The notes: a model not told the origin generated them from the sequence alone. A DNA stretch of 50,596 bases from Candidatus Binataceae bacterium (GCA_050010455.1 JBEKLA010000002.1:1-50596), one strand, 5' to 3'; shown: positions 38,864 through 48,374, counted from the stretch's first letter. Program-made: numbers and translations.

Positions 38864-39757
38864 GTGGGCCGGGGAGAGCAAGTGGTCGCGGTGCTGGGCG
38901 CGATTTTGCTGACGCTCAGCCTCGCCGCAGGGGGCGTGAGTTTTGCCGCCGAGACGGGTGCTGCGCCGCAGACGCTACACATCGCCGGGCTGGATGTTGC
39001 CGCCTGGATTCCGAATCGCGCGGCGCCCGGTCCCTGGCCAATCATAATTTTCTCGCACGGCTTTCACGGATGTAACACGCAGTCTACTTTTTTGACCGCT
39101 GCGCTGGCCGAGGCGGGTTATGCGGTCTTTGCCCCTAACCATCACGACGCTGCCTGCAAAGGACGGGGCCTCCTGCGCACCTGGCTCACGCGCCCCGACG
39201 TTCCTTTCGGCGATCCGCAGGAGTGGAGCGACGCCACTTATTACGATCGCGCCCAGGATGTCGAAAAACTTCTCGACGCGCTTAGCCGCGACCCGCAGTA
39301 TCGCGCGCCTCCTTTCGACTGGAATCATGTGGGGCTGATTGGCCATTCGCTCGGCGGCTATACCGTGCTGGGGGTTGGTGGCGGATGGAAACGATGGAAG
39401 GACCCGCGCGTCAAAGCGGTGCTCGCGCTCTCGCCTTACACTAATCCCTTCATCGAGCAGAAAACGCTGAGTGGTATCGGCGCGCCGGTGATGTATCAAG
39501 GCGGCACGCGCGATGTCGGTATCACGCCCTTCGTCAGGAAGAACGATGGTGCCTACGACGAGACTCCCACTCCAAAATATTACGTCGAGTTTGACGGCGC
39601 CGGGCATTTCGCCTGGACCAATCTGCGCAAGACGTACCAGTCGTTGATCGTCGCTTACAGCCGCGCCTTCCTCGATCGCTGTTTTAAAGGCAAGCCATTT
39701 CCCAGAACTCTTGCCGAGCCGCATCAAGGCGTCACAGCCGTCCGGATAAGCGAATAA
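38864..39757 (+). CDS. Exported alpha/beta hydrolase (PAF-acetylhydrolase/chlorophyllase-like)
   Basis: Signal-like N-terminus, IIFSHGF, GHSLGG nucleophile elbow, GTRD, GAGHF. Confidence 0.85.
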   Translation: MGRGEQVVAVLGAILLTLSLAAGGVSFAAETGAAPQTLHIAGLDVAAWIPNRAAPGPWPIIIFSHGFHGCNTQSTFLTAALAEAGYAVFAPNHHDAACKGRGLLRTWLTRPDVPFGDPQEWSDATYYDRAQDVEKLLDALSRDPQYRAPPFDWNHVGLIGHSLGGYTVLGVGGGWKRWKDPRVKAVLALSPYTNPFIEQKTLSGIGAPVMYQGGTRDVGITPFVRKNDGAYDETPTPKYYVEFDGAGHFAWTNLRKTYQSLIVAYSRAFLDRCFKGKPFPRTLAEPHQGVTAVRISE

Positions 39758-39935
39758 GGTAGCCCCGCCACCTTCATCCGTTGTCTCAGCGGAAAGCCGG
39801 CGCGGCCCATCGCGCGCGCGTGCGGCGTGCACCACGGCGCCCTTGCGAGCGCGGCCATCAGGTTGCGGCACCCGTCGCGAGTGCAAGTTGCTGCCCTGGG
39901 GCCGCTTCGTTATGGTACCCTCGCGTGAGGTTGCG

Positions 39936-40175
39936 ATGAGCGAGGCTGATCCAAATCGTATCGACGCCGAATGGGACGCGGGCGATATGGGCTGCGGAGA
40001 ACTGATCGTGGAATTGCGCAAGCGCGTCAGGGCAATCCAGCCCGGACAAGTGCTCCGTCTGATCGCGCGCGATCCGGGTGCGATCGAAGATCTGCCCGCC
40101 TGGTGCCGGATGACCGGCCATCGCATGAACCGCGCCGAGCATCCTGTATATTTCATTCAGCGCAAGGAGGATTAA
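39936..40175 (+). CDS. TusA-family sulfur carrier
   Basis: WDAGDMGCGEL, PGQVL.L...DPGA.EDLPAWCR.TGH; GAGG RBS before ATG 39936. Confidence 0.85.
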   Translation: MSEADPNRIDAEWDAGDMGCGELIVELRKRVRAIQPGQVLRLIARDPGAIEDLPAWCRMTGHRMNRAEHPVYFIQRKED

Positions 40176-40178
40176 TCC

Positions 40179-40541
40179 GTGGCAGGCAAGTTTTGCGTAT
40201 CGTTGACCTTCGCCAAGGACAACACCGACAAGGCTACAGTGGCGTTCGTAGTTGCCAACGCGGCGGTCGGCTCCGAGCAGGAAACGATCGTTTTCCTCAG
40301 CAGCGAGGGGGTGCGGCTGGGCGTCAAGGGCTATGCGGACGACATCCGTGAAGAAGGCTTCGCACCGCTGAAAGACCTGATGGCGAGTTTTGCCGATGCC
40401 GGCGGCACCATCTATGTCTGCTCGCCGTGCTTTAAGCGCCGGGGCCTCGATGAAAATAATCTGGTTGCCGGGGCGAAGATCGTGGGCGGCGCCAAGCTGG
40501 TCGAGTTTCTCGCCAGCGGCGCGGCGTGCGTCTCCTACTGA
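40179..40541 (+). CDS. DsrE/DsrF-like family protein
   Basis: DKATVAFVVANAA, FLSSEGV, GGTIYVCSPC..RGL, IVGGA; AGGAGG RBS. Confidence 0.88.
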   Translation: MAGKFCVSLTFAKDNTDKATVAFVVANAAVGSEQETIVFLSSEGVRLGVKGYADDIREEGFAPLKDLMASFADAGGTIYVCSPCFKRRGLDENNLVAGAKIVGGAKLVEFLASGAACVSY

Positions 40542-42139
40542 GTCGAGGGAGAAGACTAGTTACGACGGATTCCAAAGAACCGCGCACGCGCCATCCGTAC
40601 GCGCCCGACGCGAGCTTCGACGGCGGCGACCTCGATTGTGGCAGCGGGCTGCTGCTGCTGATCCGCAAGCATATCGATCCACTGGCGCCGGGCCAGTTGC
40701 TCGAGATTCGCTCAACCGAGTTGTCGGTGCGCGAGGATCTGCCGGCGTGGTGCCGATTAACGCGCAACGAACTGGTGTCCGAGATTCGTGACGGCCGGCT
40801 CGGCAGCTATCTGGTATCGAAGGGACCGTTCACGCCGCGCGCATCCATCGCGCGAGAACCGGATGCGGACGCGGCGAATCAGGAATCGCGCATCAGGACG
40901 CCGGCGCCCGTAACTCAGGCAATCAAGGCGGTTACGATTCCCGCCACGCTGCCCGAACCCGCAGCGGTGCCCGCGATCCGGCCGCTCTCGGTGATCGGTA
41001 TCGGCAGTTGGCCGCGCCCGCGCTGGATGCTGCAGGCGCTGCACGATTATCACGAAGGCCGGCTGAGCGAAGAGGCGTTTCAGGAGACCGCGAACGACGC
41101 GGTGCTTCTCGCGATCGATGCGCAGCTTCGCGCCGGCGTGGACGTCATCACCGACGGTGAGCAGCGGCGCGACAGCTACGCCAGCTTCGTCGGCGGCATA
41201 CTCGACAACTGTCAGCTCATCCCGGTAACCGACCTGCTTCCCTACGTTGATCATCCCGACGAGTTCGAAGAACAGTTGCGCGCGCTCGACGTCCCCGCCG
41301 GCAAGGTGCTGCATCCCGCCGTCTTCGGCCCGCTCGGACGCAGCCGCCCGCTCGCGGTGCACGAATTGGAGTTCGCGCGCGGAATTTCGAGCCTGCCGGT
41401 GAAGGTTGCGCTGCCGGGACCGTACCTGCTGACGCGCACGATGTGGATGGAGTGCATTTCGGACCGCGCCTACGCTCGCCGCGAGGATCTGGCGGAAGAC
41501 ATTGTGCGCGTGCTGCGCGAGGAGCTGCATTACCTGCTTGCGGCCGGCGCGGCGATCGTGCAATTCGACGAGCCGGTGCTGACTGAAGTAGTGTTCGGCA
41601 AGCCGCCTGGCCAACGCACGTTCATGTGCGGCGCGCTGGGCGCGCGGATGGATACCGCCGCGGAGCTGGCGTTCGCGGAAGCGCTCATCAACCGCGTCGT
41701 CGACGGCCTCCCGCGCGATCGGATCGCGCTGCATATCTGTCGCGGCAACTGGAGCCCGGACGAACGCGTCGCGCTGGCGGGTGATTATCGGCCGCTGATA
41801 CCTCTTCTGTCGCGGGTCAAGGTCGGCACGCTGTTTCTCGAACTGAGTACGCCGCGCGCGGGCGAGGCGAGCGTGCTTCGCGACCTTCCCGCCGATCGTC
41901 GGATAGGCGTCGGCGTCGTTAACCAGAAATCCGCGCGCGTCGAGACGGTGGAGGAGATTGTCGCCGCGACCGAGCGCGCAATCGCTATCTTCGGAGCAGA
42001 ACGATTATTGCTCACCCCGGATTGCGGCTTCGCGACCTTTGCCGACAATCCGATCGCGTCGTCCGATATCGCCGAGAAGAAACTTGCCGCGATCGTTCAG
42101 GCCGCGCATGTCCTGCGGCGCAAGTACAATCTCGACTGA
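40526..42139 (+). CDS. Fusion of a TusA-like domain and a single-barrel cobalamin-independent methionine synthase (MetE C-terminal-like) domain
   Basis: FDGGDLDCGSG..EDLPAWCR, then IGSWPRP, VITDGEQRR, QFDEP, HICRGN, LELS, PDCGF (Zn ligands H/C/E/C); start uncertain. Confidence 0.85.
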   Translation: MRLLLSRGRRLVTTDSKEPRTRHPYAPDASFDGGDLDCGSGLLLLIRKHIDPLAPGQLLEIRSTELSVREDLPAWCRLTRNELVSEIRDGRLGSYLVSKGPFTPRASIAREPDADAANQESRIRTPAPVTQAIKAVTIPATLPEPAAVPAIRPLSVIGIGSWPRPRWMLQALHDYHEGRLSEEAFQETANDAVLLAIDAQLRAGVDVITDGEQRRDSYASFVGGILDNCQLIPVTDLLPYVDHPDEFEEQLRALDVPAGKVLHPAVFGPLGRSRPLAVHELEFARGISSLPVKVALPGPYLLTRTMWMECISDRAYARREDLAEDIVRVLREELHYLLAAGAAIVQFDEPVLTEVVFGKPPGQRTFMCGALGARMDTAAELAFAEALINRVVDGLPRDRIALHICRGNWSPDERVALAGDYRPLIPLLSRVKVGTLFLELSTPRAGEASVLRDLPADRRIGVGVVNQKSARVETVEEIVAATERAIAIFGAERLLLTPDCGFATFADNPIASSDIAEKKLAAIVQAAHVLRRKYNLD

Positions 42140-42150
42140 CAAAATACTGA

Positions 42151-42172
42151 ATAGCCAGATCGATCTGGCTAT
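42151..42172. terminator. Perfect 22-bp palindrome between convergent genes
   Basis: ATAGCCAGATCGATCTGGCTAT, overlapping the stop of the dehalogenase gene. Confidence 0.5.
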
Positions 42173-43428
42173 GGTTTGGCTGCCATCCATGCGCGGATAC
42201 GAGTAGCTACTTCTTCGCCGGCGTCCTCCTGGATGAAATGACCGGCGCCGCTGATCGTGAGCGGCGGTGCGACGTTGCGAAACAAGGCCCGCATCGCAGG
42301 CTCACCCTTGCCCAGCACCGGGTCGGCGTCGCCCCACGGCAGCAACACAGGAAGGTCGAGGCTTTTCAACTTTTCGATCGCGGCGCGATTCTCGTACGCG
42401 CCGGGATGATCCGGCCTGATCGGTACCAGGCGCGGAAACACCAGCGCGGCGGTCTGATACTCGGCTGAAGGAAACGGCGCGTTGTATGCGGCCGCCTCGG
42501 CGTCGCTGAGTGTGCGCTTGCGCAGCGTCACGCGCACGATCGCGCCGGCATCGAGTTGCTTCTGGCGCAGCGCGAAACGACGCCATCGTACGAATCCCTC
42601 GCCAAGGCTGCGGCCGTCGGGCATGCCCGTATTGATCGCCACGAGCCGCGCGAACCGCTCCGGTATCGAGGCCATCGCGCGCATCCCGAGCAACCCGCCC
42701 CAGTCCTGACACACGAGCACTATGCGGCGGAGGTCAAGCGTTTCGATGAAGCGCCGCAGCCATCGCGCGTGCGAGCGATAGCTGTAAGCGTTGCGCGACA
42801 CCGGCTTGTCCGAGCGGCCAAACCCGATTAGGTCGGGCACGATCACGCGTCCCACTTCGGCGAGGGGCGGAATCATCCGCCGATACAGATATCCCCACGT
42901 TGGCTCGCCATGCAGCATCAGGATCGGATCCCCCTGGCCGCTGGTTACGTAAGCCATGCGCAATCCTTCGACGTCGACGTACTTGGGCTCGTATGGGAAA
43001 TCGGGAAGATTGTTGAAGCGCTCCTCGGAAGTACGCAGCACCGATCCTTCGGGCCAGGCGGGCTTGAGGCCCGCATAGCTAAGGACCTTGGTGAGATGGG
43101 CCGCGCCGAGAGTGTCAGATATCTCAGAAATCCACAGGCAGAAGTCAGTCAGGTCGGCGTCGATTTCGTGCTCCGGCGGACGCGGTTCGTACCGATCCCA
43201 CATGCCGTAGACCATCGCCATTGAAGGCCGTCCGCGACCCAAGTCCGCGAGTTCGAGGGCGTAAAGATGGTCATGGGCCGAGCGCCAATAGACGCGGCCT
43301 GCGCGTTTCCCCACGGCTCGTTCGATCGATTCCGCGACCTGTGGCCGCACATCCAATTCCTGCTCCCACAGCAGCGGGTCCGCTCGCAAATAGGACATCT
43401 CTTCGACGGCAGGCGTGACGAATTTCAT
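42169..43428 (-). CDS. Haloalkane dehalogenase family protein with ~125-aa N-terminal extension
   Basis: VLRT.EERF.NLPDFPY, HGEPTWGYLYR, PDLIGFGRSDKP, QDWGG (Asp nucleophile), GHFIQED. Confidence 0.88.
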   Translation of the reverse strand: MKFVTPAVEEMSYLRADPLLWEQELDVRPQVAESIERAVGKRAGRVYWRSAHDHLYALELADLGRGRPSMAMVYGMWDRYEPRPPEHEIDADLTDFCLWISEISDTLGAAHLTKVLSYAGLKPAWPEGSVLRTSEERFNNLPDFPYEPKYVDVEGLRMAYVTSGQGDPILMLHGEPTWGYLYRRMIPPLAEVGRVIVPDLIGFGRSDKPVSRNAYSYRSHARWLRRFIETLDLRRIVLVCQDWGGLLGMRAMASIPERFARLVAINTGMPDGRSLGEGFVRWRRFALRQKQLDAGAIVRVTLRKRTLSDAEAAAYNAPFPSAEYQTAALVFPRLVPIRPDHPGAYENRAAIEKLKSLDLPVLLPWGDADPVLGKGEPAMRALFRNVAPPLTISGAGHFIQEDAGEEVATRIRAWMAAKP

Positions 43429-44342
43429 AGCGCTGCTCCCACGGTACGATCGAGGAACTCGATAATCGGCCTCACCAAATCAGGGCCGCGATCATCCTGG
43501 AGAAAGTGTGCGGCTCGGTCGAACAAGATCGGTCCCTCGGCGTGCGGCAGCAATTCCTTGAGCCGATTTGCGTAGTCGATCGGAAAGACGTTGTCTTCGG
43601 GCGCCCACAGCAAAAGAGTCGGCACCTTCGCCAATTCCGGGAGCCGGCGCTGAATCATCTGCATGTCGGCCCATCCGCGATCGCCCTCGCGCAGCGGTAT
43701 AGTCCGCGGCCAGGTCAGCACCACATGATCGGAATCGGGCTCGTCGTATATATGATGATACGCGCGTTTTTCCTCCTCACTCATGCCGCGGCGCGTGATC
43801 GCGGAAACGCCCGCATGCGAGAGCACTTTGTAACGTTTCATCAGCAGTTGACCGATAAGCGGCGCGTGCCATGTGGTCCATGGCAGCGGCGACTGATGAA
43901 ACTTTCCGACATAGTCGGTAAATAGCCACGTGTTCATCAGCACCATCGCGTCGAATCCTTCGATCCGCTGCAGCGCGGCACCGACTCCCTGCGGTCCGCC
44001 CCAGTCCTGACCAACGATTACGTAGCCACACAAACATAGTTGATCGATCAGCGACACCAAGTCCGCGATATGATGGGCAAGCGAAAAGGCTGCGTCTATC
44101 CGCGGATGGTCCGAGTATCCGGACCCGATCCAATCCGGCACAATCACGCGGTAACCCGCGTCAATCAGAGGGCGGATGAAGTCGCGGTAAAGGAAGCCCC
44201 AGGTAGGATTTCCATGCAGCAAGAGGACGGGGCGCGTGTCGCGAGCGCCTTCGTCGATGTAGGCCATCGAGCGGCCGTTGACGCGTAGCGTTTTTTGTTC
44301 CCAGGGAAACAGTCGCTTTAGCCAAGCCGGCTTTTCAAGCAT
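43425..44342 (-). CDS. Haloalkane dehalogenase-like alpha/beta hydrolase
   Basis: HGNPTWGFLYR, PDWIGSGYSD, QDWGGP, HFLQDD; start at ATG 44342. Confidence 0.85.
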   Translation of the reverse strand: MLEKPAWLKRLFPWEQKTLRVNGRSMAYIDEGARDTRPVLLLHGNPTWGFLYRDFIRPLIDAGYRVIVPDWIGSGYSDHPRIDAAFSLAHHIADLVSLIDQLCLCGYVIVGQDWGGPQGVGAALQRIEGFDAMVLMNTWLFTDYVGKFHQSPLPWTTWHAPLIGQLLMKRYKVLSHAGVSAITRRGMSEEEKRAYHHIYDEPDSDHVVLTWPRTIPLREGDRGWADMQMIQRRLPELAKVPTLLLWAPEDNVFPIDYANRLKELLPHAEGPILFDRAAHFLQDDRGPDLVRPIIEFLDRTVGAAL

Positions 44343-44418
44343 GACAAACCTCGCAAGCGAGCGTTGGGCCGTTAGCGCACCCGGATTGAAACGTCTGGCT
44401 AACAGCCGGTCCTGGGCA

Positions 44419-45294
44419 TTAGTCACTCCATAAATGGGGAAAGGTGCGCATCCGGCTGAAGCCCGAGCCGCTATAGTCGACGCCCATAGCATGAGGGTCG
44501 GCGATAACAGCGTATTCTTTAAGAATCTGCTGGCTATAGCAGACTCGTCCCGTGACGCGGTCGAGCGGTTCGGTGGCCAGGATCAGCACCGCTTGAGCCA
44601 TATAGTCCGCTGGCTCTCCCTGAGGCTTGTCGCCGCCCACGAGTTTATGAAAAACAGTTCCGGGTGTGGCTACAACGTCTGATGGCGAGATGCAGGTGAC
44701 GGAGATTCCATTCTGATAGACTTCATCGGCCAGGCCCTGAGTGAATCTTTCGAGGGCGGCTTTGGCAGCTCCGTAACAGGTCCAAGGTAGGCCGAACGGA
44801 CTGCGATGGCGGTAGGGGCCGCGGCCCGGGCCGACGGCGGCGCCGGAGCTGATATTGACGATCGCGCCGGAGCGTTTGGAAAGCATGTCCTCGAGCACCA
44901 TCTTGCTCAGCATAAAGGGGCCGTGCACGTTGACGGCGAAGGAACGTATCCAGCGCTTGATCGTAAGGTCGCGCACGGGGATCGGGTAGGAGAGGACCGC
45001 GTTGTTAACGAGCACGTCGCAGGGGCCATAATGCTCACGCGTCGTTGCCACCAAACGTTCGCAGTCCTGCTCTGAAGATACGTCGCACGGGACCGCGAGC
45101 GCCTGCGCGCCCTGGCTTGTTATTTCGGAAACCGTGGTTTCGAGCGAGCCCTCAAGTTGATGCTCTCCCTCGCGCATCGTGCGCGCCGTGCAGACTACCT
45201 TGGCGCCCTCGCCGGCAAACAGTTTCGCGATCGCCTTGCCGATACCGCGGCTGGCTCCGGTTACGATAGCTACCTTACCGTCAAGTTTCCCCAT
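44419..45294 (-). CDS. SDR family oxidoreductase
   Basis: TGASRGIG, VNNA, NISS, YGAAKAALERFT. Confidence 0.9.
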   Translation of the reverse strand: MGKLDGKVAIVTGASRGIGKAIAKLFAGEGAKVVCTARTMREGEHQLEGSLETTVSEITSQGAQALAVPCDVSSEQDCERLVATTREHYGPCDVLVNNAVLSYPIPVRDLTIKRWIRSFAVNVHGPFMLSKMVLEDMLSKRSGAIVNISSGAAVGPGRGPYRHRSPFGLPWTCYGAAKAALERFTQGLADEVYQNGISVTCISPSDVVATPGTVFHKLVGGDKPQGEPADYMAQAVLILATEPLDRVTGRVCYSQQILKEYAVIADPHAMGVDYSGSGFSRMRTFPHLWSD

Positions 45295-45482
45295 CCTACA
45301 GGCTCCTATCGCAGTGATGCGTCTCCTTCGAGTTGGGCTGTCGAAGCGTCATGATGAGAAAGCAGAGTACACCTTCACACTTGCGAAGATCGACGGCGGG
45401 CGGCACGAGTTCCGGCGGGGGGCGCGCCGTGCCAAGGCAACCTGAATAGTGCACGCGCCGCACAAGACGAGCGCTGAAAAAG

Positions 45483-45577
45483 GGCGGAGGGGGGAAGGAG
45501 TCGAACCTTCCGGCGAGCGCAATACCCGCCAGGCCGGTTTTGAAGACCGGTGGGGCCACCGGGCCCCTTCCTCCTCC
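45483..45577 (-). tRNA. selC: tRNA-Sec (anticodon UCA)
   Basis: Minus strand GGAGGAGGAAGGGGCCCGGTGGCCCCACCGGTCTTCAAAACCGG...GGTTCGACTCC..CTCCGCC: 8-bp acceptor, 6-bp D stem with 4-nt loop, TCA anticodon, long variable arm, G discriminator; CCA not fully encoded. Confidence 0.93.
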
Positions 45578-45629
45578 GAGTCTTATTTTCTAAGCACTTT
45601 TGGCGATCATCTCAACCGTCTCGCCAGCT

Positions 45630-45651
45630 TGAGTGCCCACTGAGTGCCCAC
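45630..45651. repeat. Tandem 11-bp direct repeat TGAGTGCCCAC x2 (candidate integrase arm-type sites)
   Basis: Two exact adjacent copies about 50 nt from the tRNA 5' end. Confidence 0.7.
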
Positions 45652-46027
45652 AATTTCCGAGTTCCGCCAGATCATCCCAGATAACCTGAGATCGCTTGCG
45701 CCCGCTCGCCAACCTTCTCGCGCCTTCGGTTGGCTGACGCAGGCCTCTCGCGCCAGCTTGACGCTCGCCGCCAATCTAGCGGTATAAGTCAGCAAATTCG
45801 TCCTGAAGCCTGCCTGTATATCGAGCGCCGACAGCGGTCGCCCAGAACTACCGCTCGATCCGTCGCTTTGCGGCGCGCGACAGCCGTGCGTTCCTGTTAT
45901 GGAAAAAGAAAAGTGCAAGCGTTCCCAGCCTTGGTTCAGGAGGAAGAAATCCGAAGTTGGGTACTCCGAGTTCGTAAGCCGGATCGTCGCGATCAAGCAG
46001 CGCGCCCAATGGGCGGCGCAAATGGGC

Positions 46028-46996
46028 TCAATTTGTCCCAGAAGTTTTCGGAAGCCTGGGGTTTGGCGCGAATAAATCGGCGTGTTGCGCAACAAAGTCG
46101 CGCACGCTCAACGCGGGCCTTCCCGTGATCGCCTCGATATCGTGGGTGATGCGATCATAGCGGTTGGCGGCGTGCAGGCGGGCCATCGTCAGCAGATGGT
46201 GGAGGACATGCTCAGGTAGGTTGCGACGGCTCAGCTCCTGGTCACGCCACTCCTCCAAAGGCACGTCAACATAGCTGATGGCTCGGCCCAGCGCGCTTGA
46301 ATATTCCGCCGCCACGGCATGCATGTCCGCAGACCTTGGCCCGGTCAGTTCATACACCTTGCCGATATGAGCGGCCGGGTTGGCCAAAATCGTCGCGATC
46401 ACCTCGGCCACATCAGCAACGGCAACCGGAGACGTTCGCCCGGTTCCGAACGGCAGCCGGATTGTGGCGTCCCTCGCAATCGATTCAGCAGCCCAGGCCA
46501 AGAAGAAGGGGTTTTCCAGGAACACCGTGGGGCGGACATGCACGACGGGGAGTCCTGACCAATTCAACACCAGCTCGGCGAGCAGATGCTGGCGCTGCTG
46601 CGGAGACTCCGTCATGGTGGTCAGGGTCATCTGCGACACGGTCATTTGCGAGATGTTGACGAACACAACCAGATCGCCGCGTTCGCGCGCAACGGCTGCC
46701 GCGACCACGGTGGCCTCCAGATAGGGCGGCGACAGGCTCAGGCCGAAGTAGATGCGCCGGCAACCCTCCAACGCTCGCACCACATCCCCGGCCCGTGTCA
46801 GGTCTCCCACAACAACCTCGGCGCCCGTTGCGCGCAACGCCTCAGCGCGTTCATCCTCGCGCCGCACCATCGCGCGGACCGGCCACCCGCGCCTGCGCAG
46901 CAACTCCACAACAGTGCGGCCCACCGCCCCGACGCTACCAGCGGCGCCGGTGACAAGGATGGGGCTCTCAACCGGCATTTTTTCTTCAGCTCGCAT
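46028..46996 (-). CDS. NmrA-like NAD(P)H-binding protein
   Basis: ILVTGAAGSVG, VRAMVR, AEVVVGDL, VRPTVF, YELTGP; start may be the second Met. Confidence 0.88.
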   Translation of the reverse strand: MRAEEKMPVESPILVTGAAGSVGAVGRTVVELLRRRGWPVRAMVRREDERAEALRATGAEVVVGDLTRAGDVVRALEGCRRIYFGLSLSPPYLEATVVAAAVARERGDLVVFVNISQMTVSQMTLTTMTESPQQRQHLLAELVLNWSGLPVVHVRPTVFLENPFFLAWAAESIARDATIRLPFGTGRTSPVAVADVAEVIATILANPAAHIGKVYELTGPRSADMHAVAAEYSSALGRAISYVDVPLEEWRDQELSRRNLPEHVLHHLLTMARLHAANRYDRITHDIEAITGRPALSVRDFVAQHADLFAPNPRLPKTSGTN

Positions 46997-47150
46997 TTAG
47001 GCTCGCACCAACACAGGCCCAATTGCAAACTTCGAGCTCGCTTTTAGAAAAGGGGGCGCTTGAGCCGATCGCGTCGCGGAGTAAGCCTAACGCCCCGGCG
47101 TGAGGAGGCAACCCCGACACAGTGGGCGCGCTGAATCGCCGGAAAACGGA

Positions 47151-48374
47151 TCAGGCGATCGCAGCGCTTAGCTCTTCTGTTCGGCGAGAGCCGTTCGAGC
47201 CAAGGACAACCTCAGCCAGCCGGTCGGCCACGTCGCTCTCTGTGTGCTTGAGGAAGTGGGAGTAAACCTGCAGGGTGATCGCCGGATTGGCGTGACCCAA
47301 GCGATGCTGGACTTCCGTGACCGGTGCCCCAGCCGCGATCATGGCTGAGGCACAACTATGACGCAACGTGTGGAAGGTCACGCGCCGCAACCGCGCCCGT
47401 GAAAGGGCCGGGTAGAAGCTGACCCGCAGCAGCCAGTCCCGGCATATGGGTTTCCCTTCGGACGACGAGAAGACAAGGTCCTCCTCGGACTTCGGGCACT
47501 GCAGTTTCCAGCGCTTCAGATCGGCAACCAGCGGCGCAGCAATCGATATCGTGCGGCGGCCTGCCTTGGTCTTGGGCGGGAAGTAACGCGGGCGAGTTTC
47601 TTCCCCCTTAAGCCGCGCCCACGAGAGGCTGCGGCGGATCGTTATCTTGCCCGGCCCCTCCTTGGGCAGTTCAAGATCGCTCCAGCGCAAGGCGAGTAGC
47701 TCTCCCTCGCGCGCTCCGGTCAAATAGGCGGCCTCGAACAGCACTCGCTCGAACCCCGGTTGAGCCGCCCGCAACAACAACTGAATCTCGGCCGGGCTCA
47801 GCACGTTGTCGGGGTCAACCGTGTCGTTGCTGGCATCAGCGGCATCTTCGCCCGCCTTTAGTTCTTTCGCGACCTGTACCGCGCGCTCCACGCTGTCCAC
47901 AGGATTCTTCGCGCACTGGCCGCGTTTGATCCCGAGCTTAAAGACCGCACCCATGATCCTCAGGATGGTGTTGATGGTGCGGTGCGCATAGCCGCGATCA
48001 CGCAGATCGTCTCGCAGCTTCTCGACCTCGGCTAGCCTGATCGTGTCCAGGCGCCTCGTGCCGAAGAGGGGAATCAGGTGCTTGTCGAGACGTGTGCGGA
48101 GATCTGAGACGTGAGAAGGGCGGCGATCAGTCTTGCTCCGAAACCAGTCCTCGGCGACCTCCGCGAAGGTCGGCACCTTGGCCGGTTCGACGTACTCGCC
48201 GCGCGCGGCCTGGAGCGCCGTTTCCGCGAGGAATCGCTCGGCGGCCTTTTTAGTCTTGAAACGCACTCGCCGCCGCGGGCCGTACATGCCCAGCGGGCGA
48301 TAGTCCAGCGCCCACAGGCAATCGCAATCGCCACCATTGCAATTGGGCAGGTGAAATTTCTTAATGCTTGCCAT
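47151..48374 (-). CDS. int: Tyrosine recombinase / phage-type integrase
   Basis: Catalytic set LTGAREGEL (R), PKTK (K), FHTLRHS (HxxR), LGH, VYSH (Y); N-terminal arm-binding-like region. Confidence 0.95.
   Translation of the reverse strand: MASIKKFHLPNCNGGDCDCLWALDYRPLGMYGPRRRVRFKTKKAAERFLAETALQAARGEYVEPAKVPTFAEVAEDWFRSKTDRRPSHVSDLRTRLDKHLIPLFGTRRLDTIRLAEVEKLRDDLRDRGYAHRTINTILRIMGAVFKLGIKRGQCAKNPVDSVERAVQVAKELKAGEDAADASNDTVDPDNVLSPAEIQLLLRAAQPGFERVLFEAAYLTGAREGELLALRWSDLELPKEGPGKITIRRSLSWARLKGEETRPRYFPPKTKAGRRTISIAAPLVADLKRWKLQCPKSEEDLVFSSSEGKPICRDWLLRVSFYPALSRARLRRVTFHTLRHSCASAMIAAGAPVTEVQHRLGHANPAITLQVYSHFLKHTESDVADRLAEVVLGSNGSRRTEELSAAIA

Noticed and set aside
38975-40156. 393-aa minus-strand ORF
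   Set aside because: Antisense to the hydrolase and tusA genes
40539-40541. TGA of dsrE as a selenocysteine codon, given nearby selC
   Set aside because: The TGA falls at the normal C-terminus of the family and the next gene is in another frame; no in-frame Sec candidate was noticed in the window
45296-45559. 87-aa ORF (MAPPVFKTG..)
   Set aside because: It is a translation of the tRNA-Sec sequence
45607-46128. ORFs on both strands between selC and the NmrA gene
   Set aside because: No recognisable motifs or RBS; may be att-region or remnant DNA, not supportable as genes
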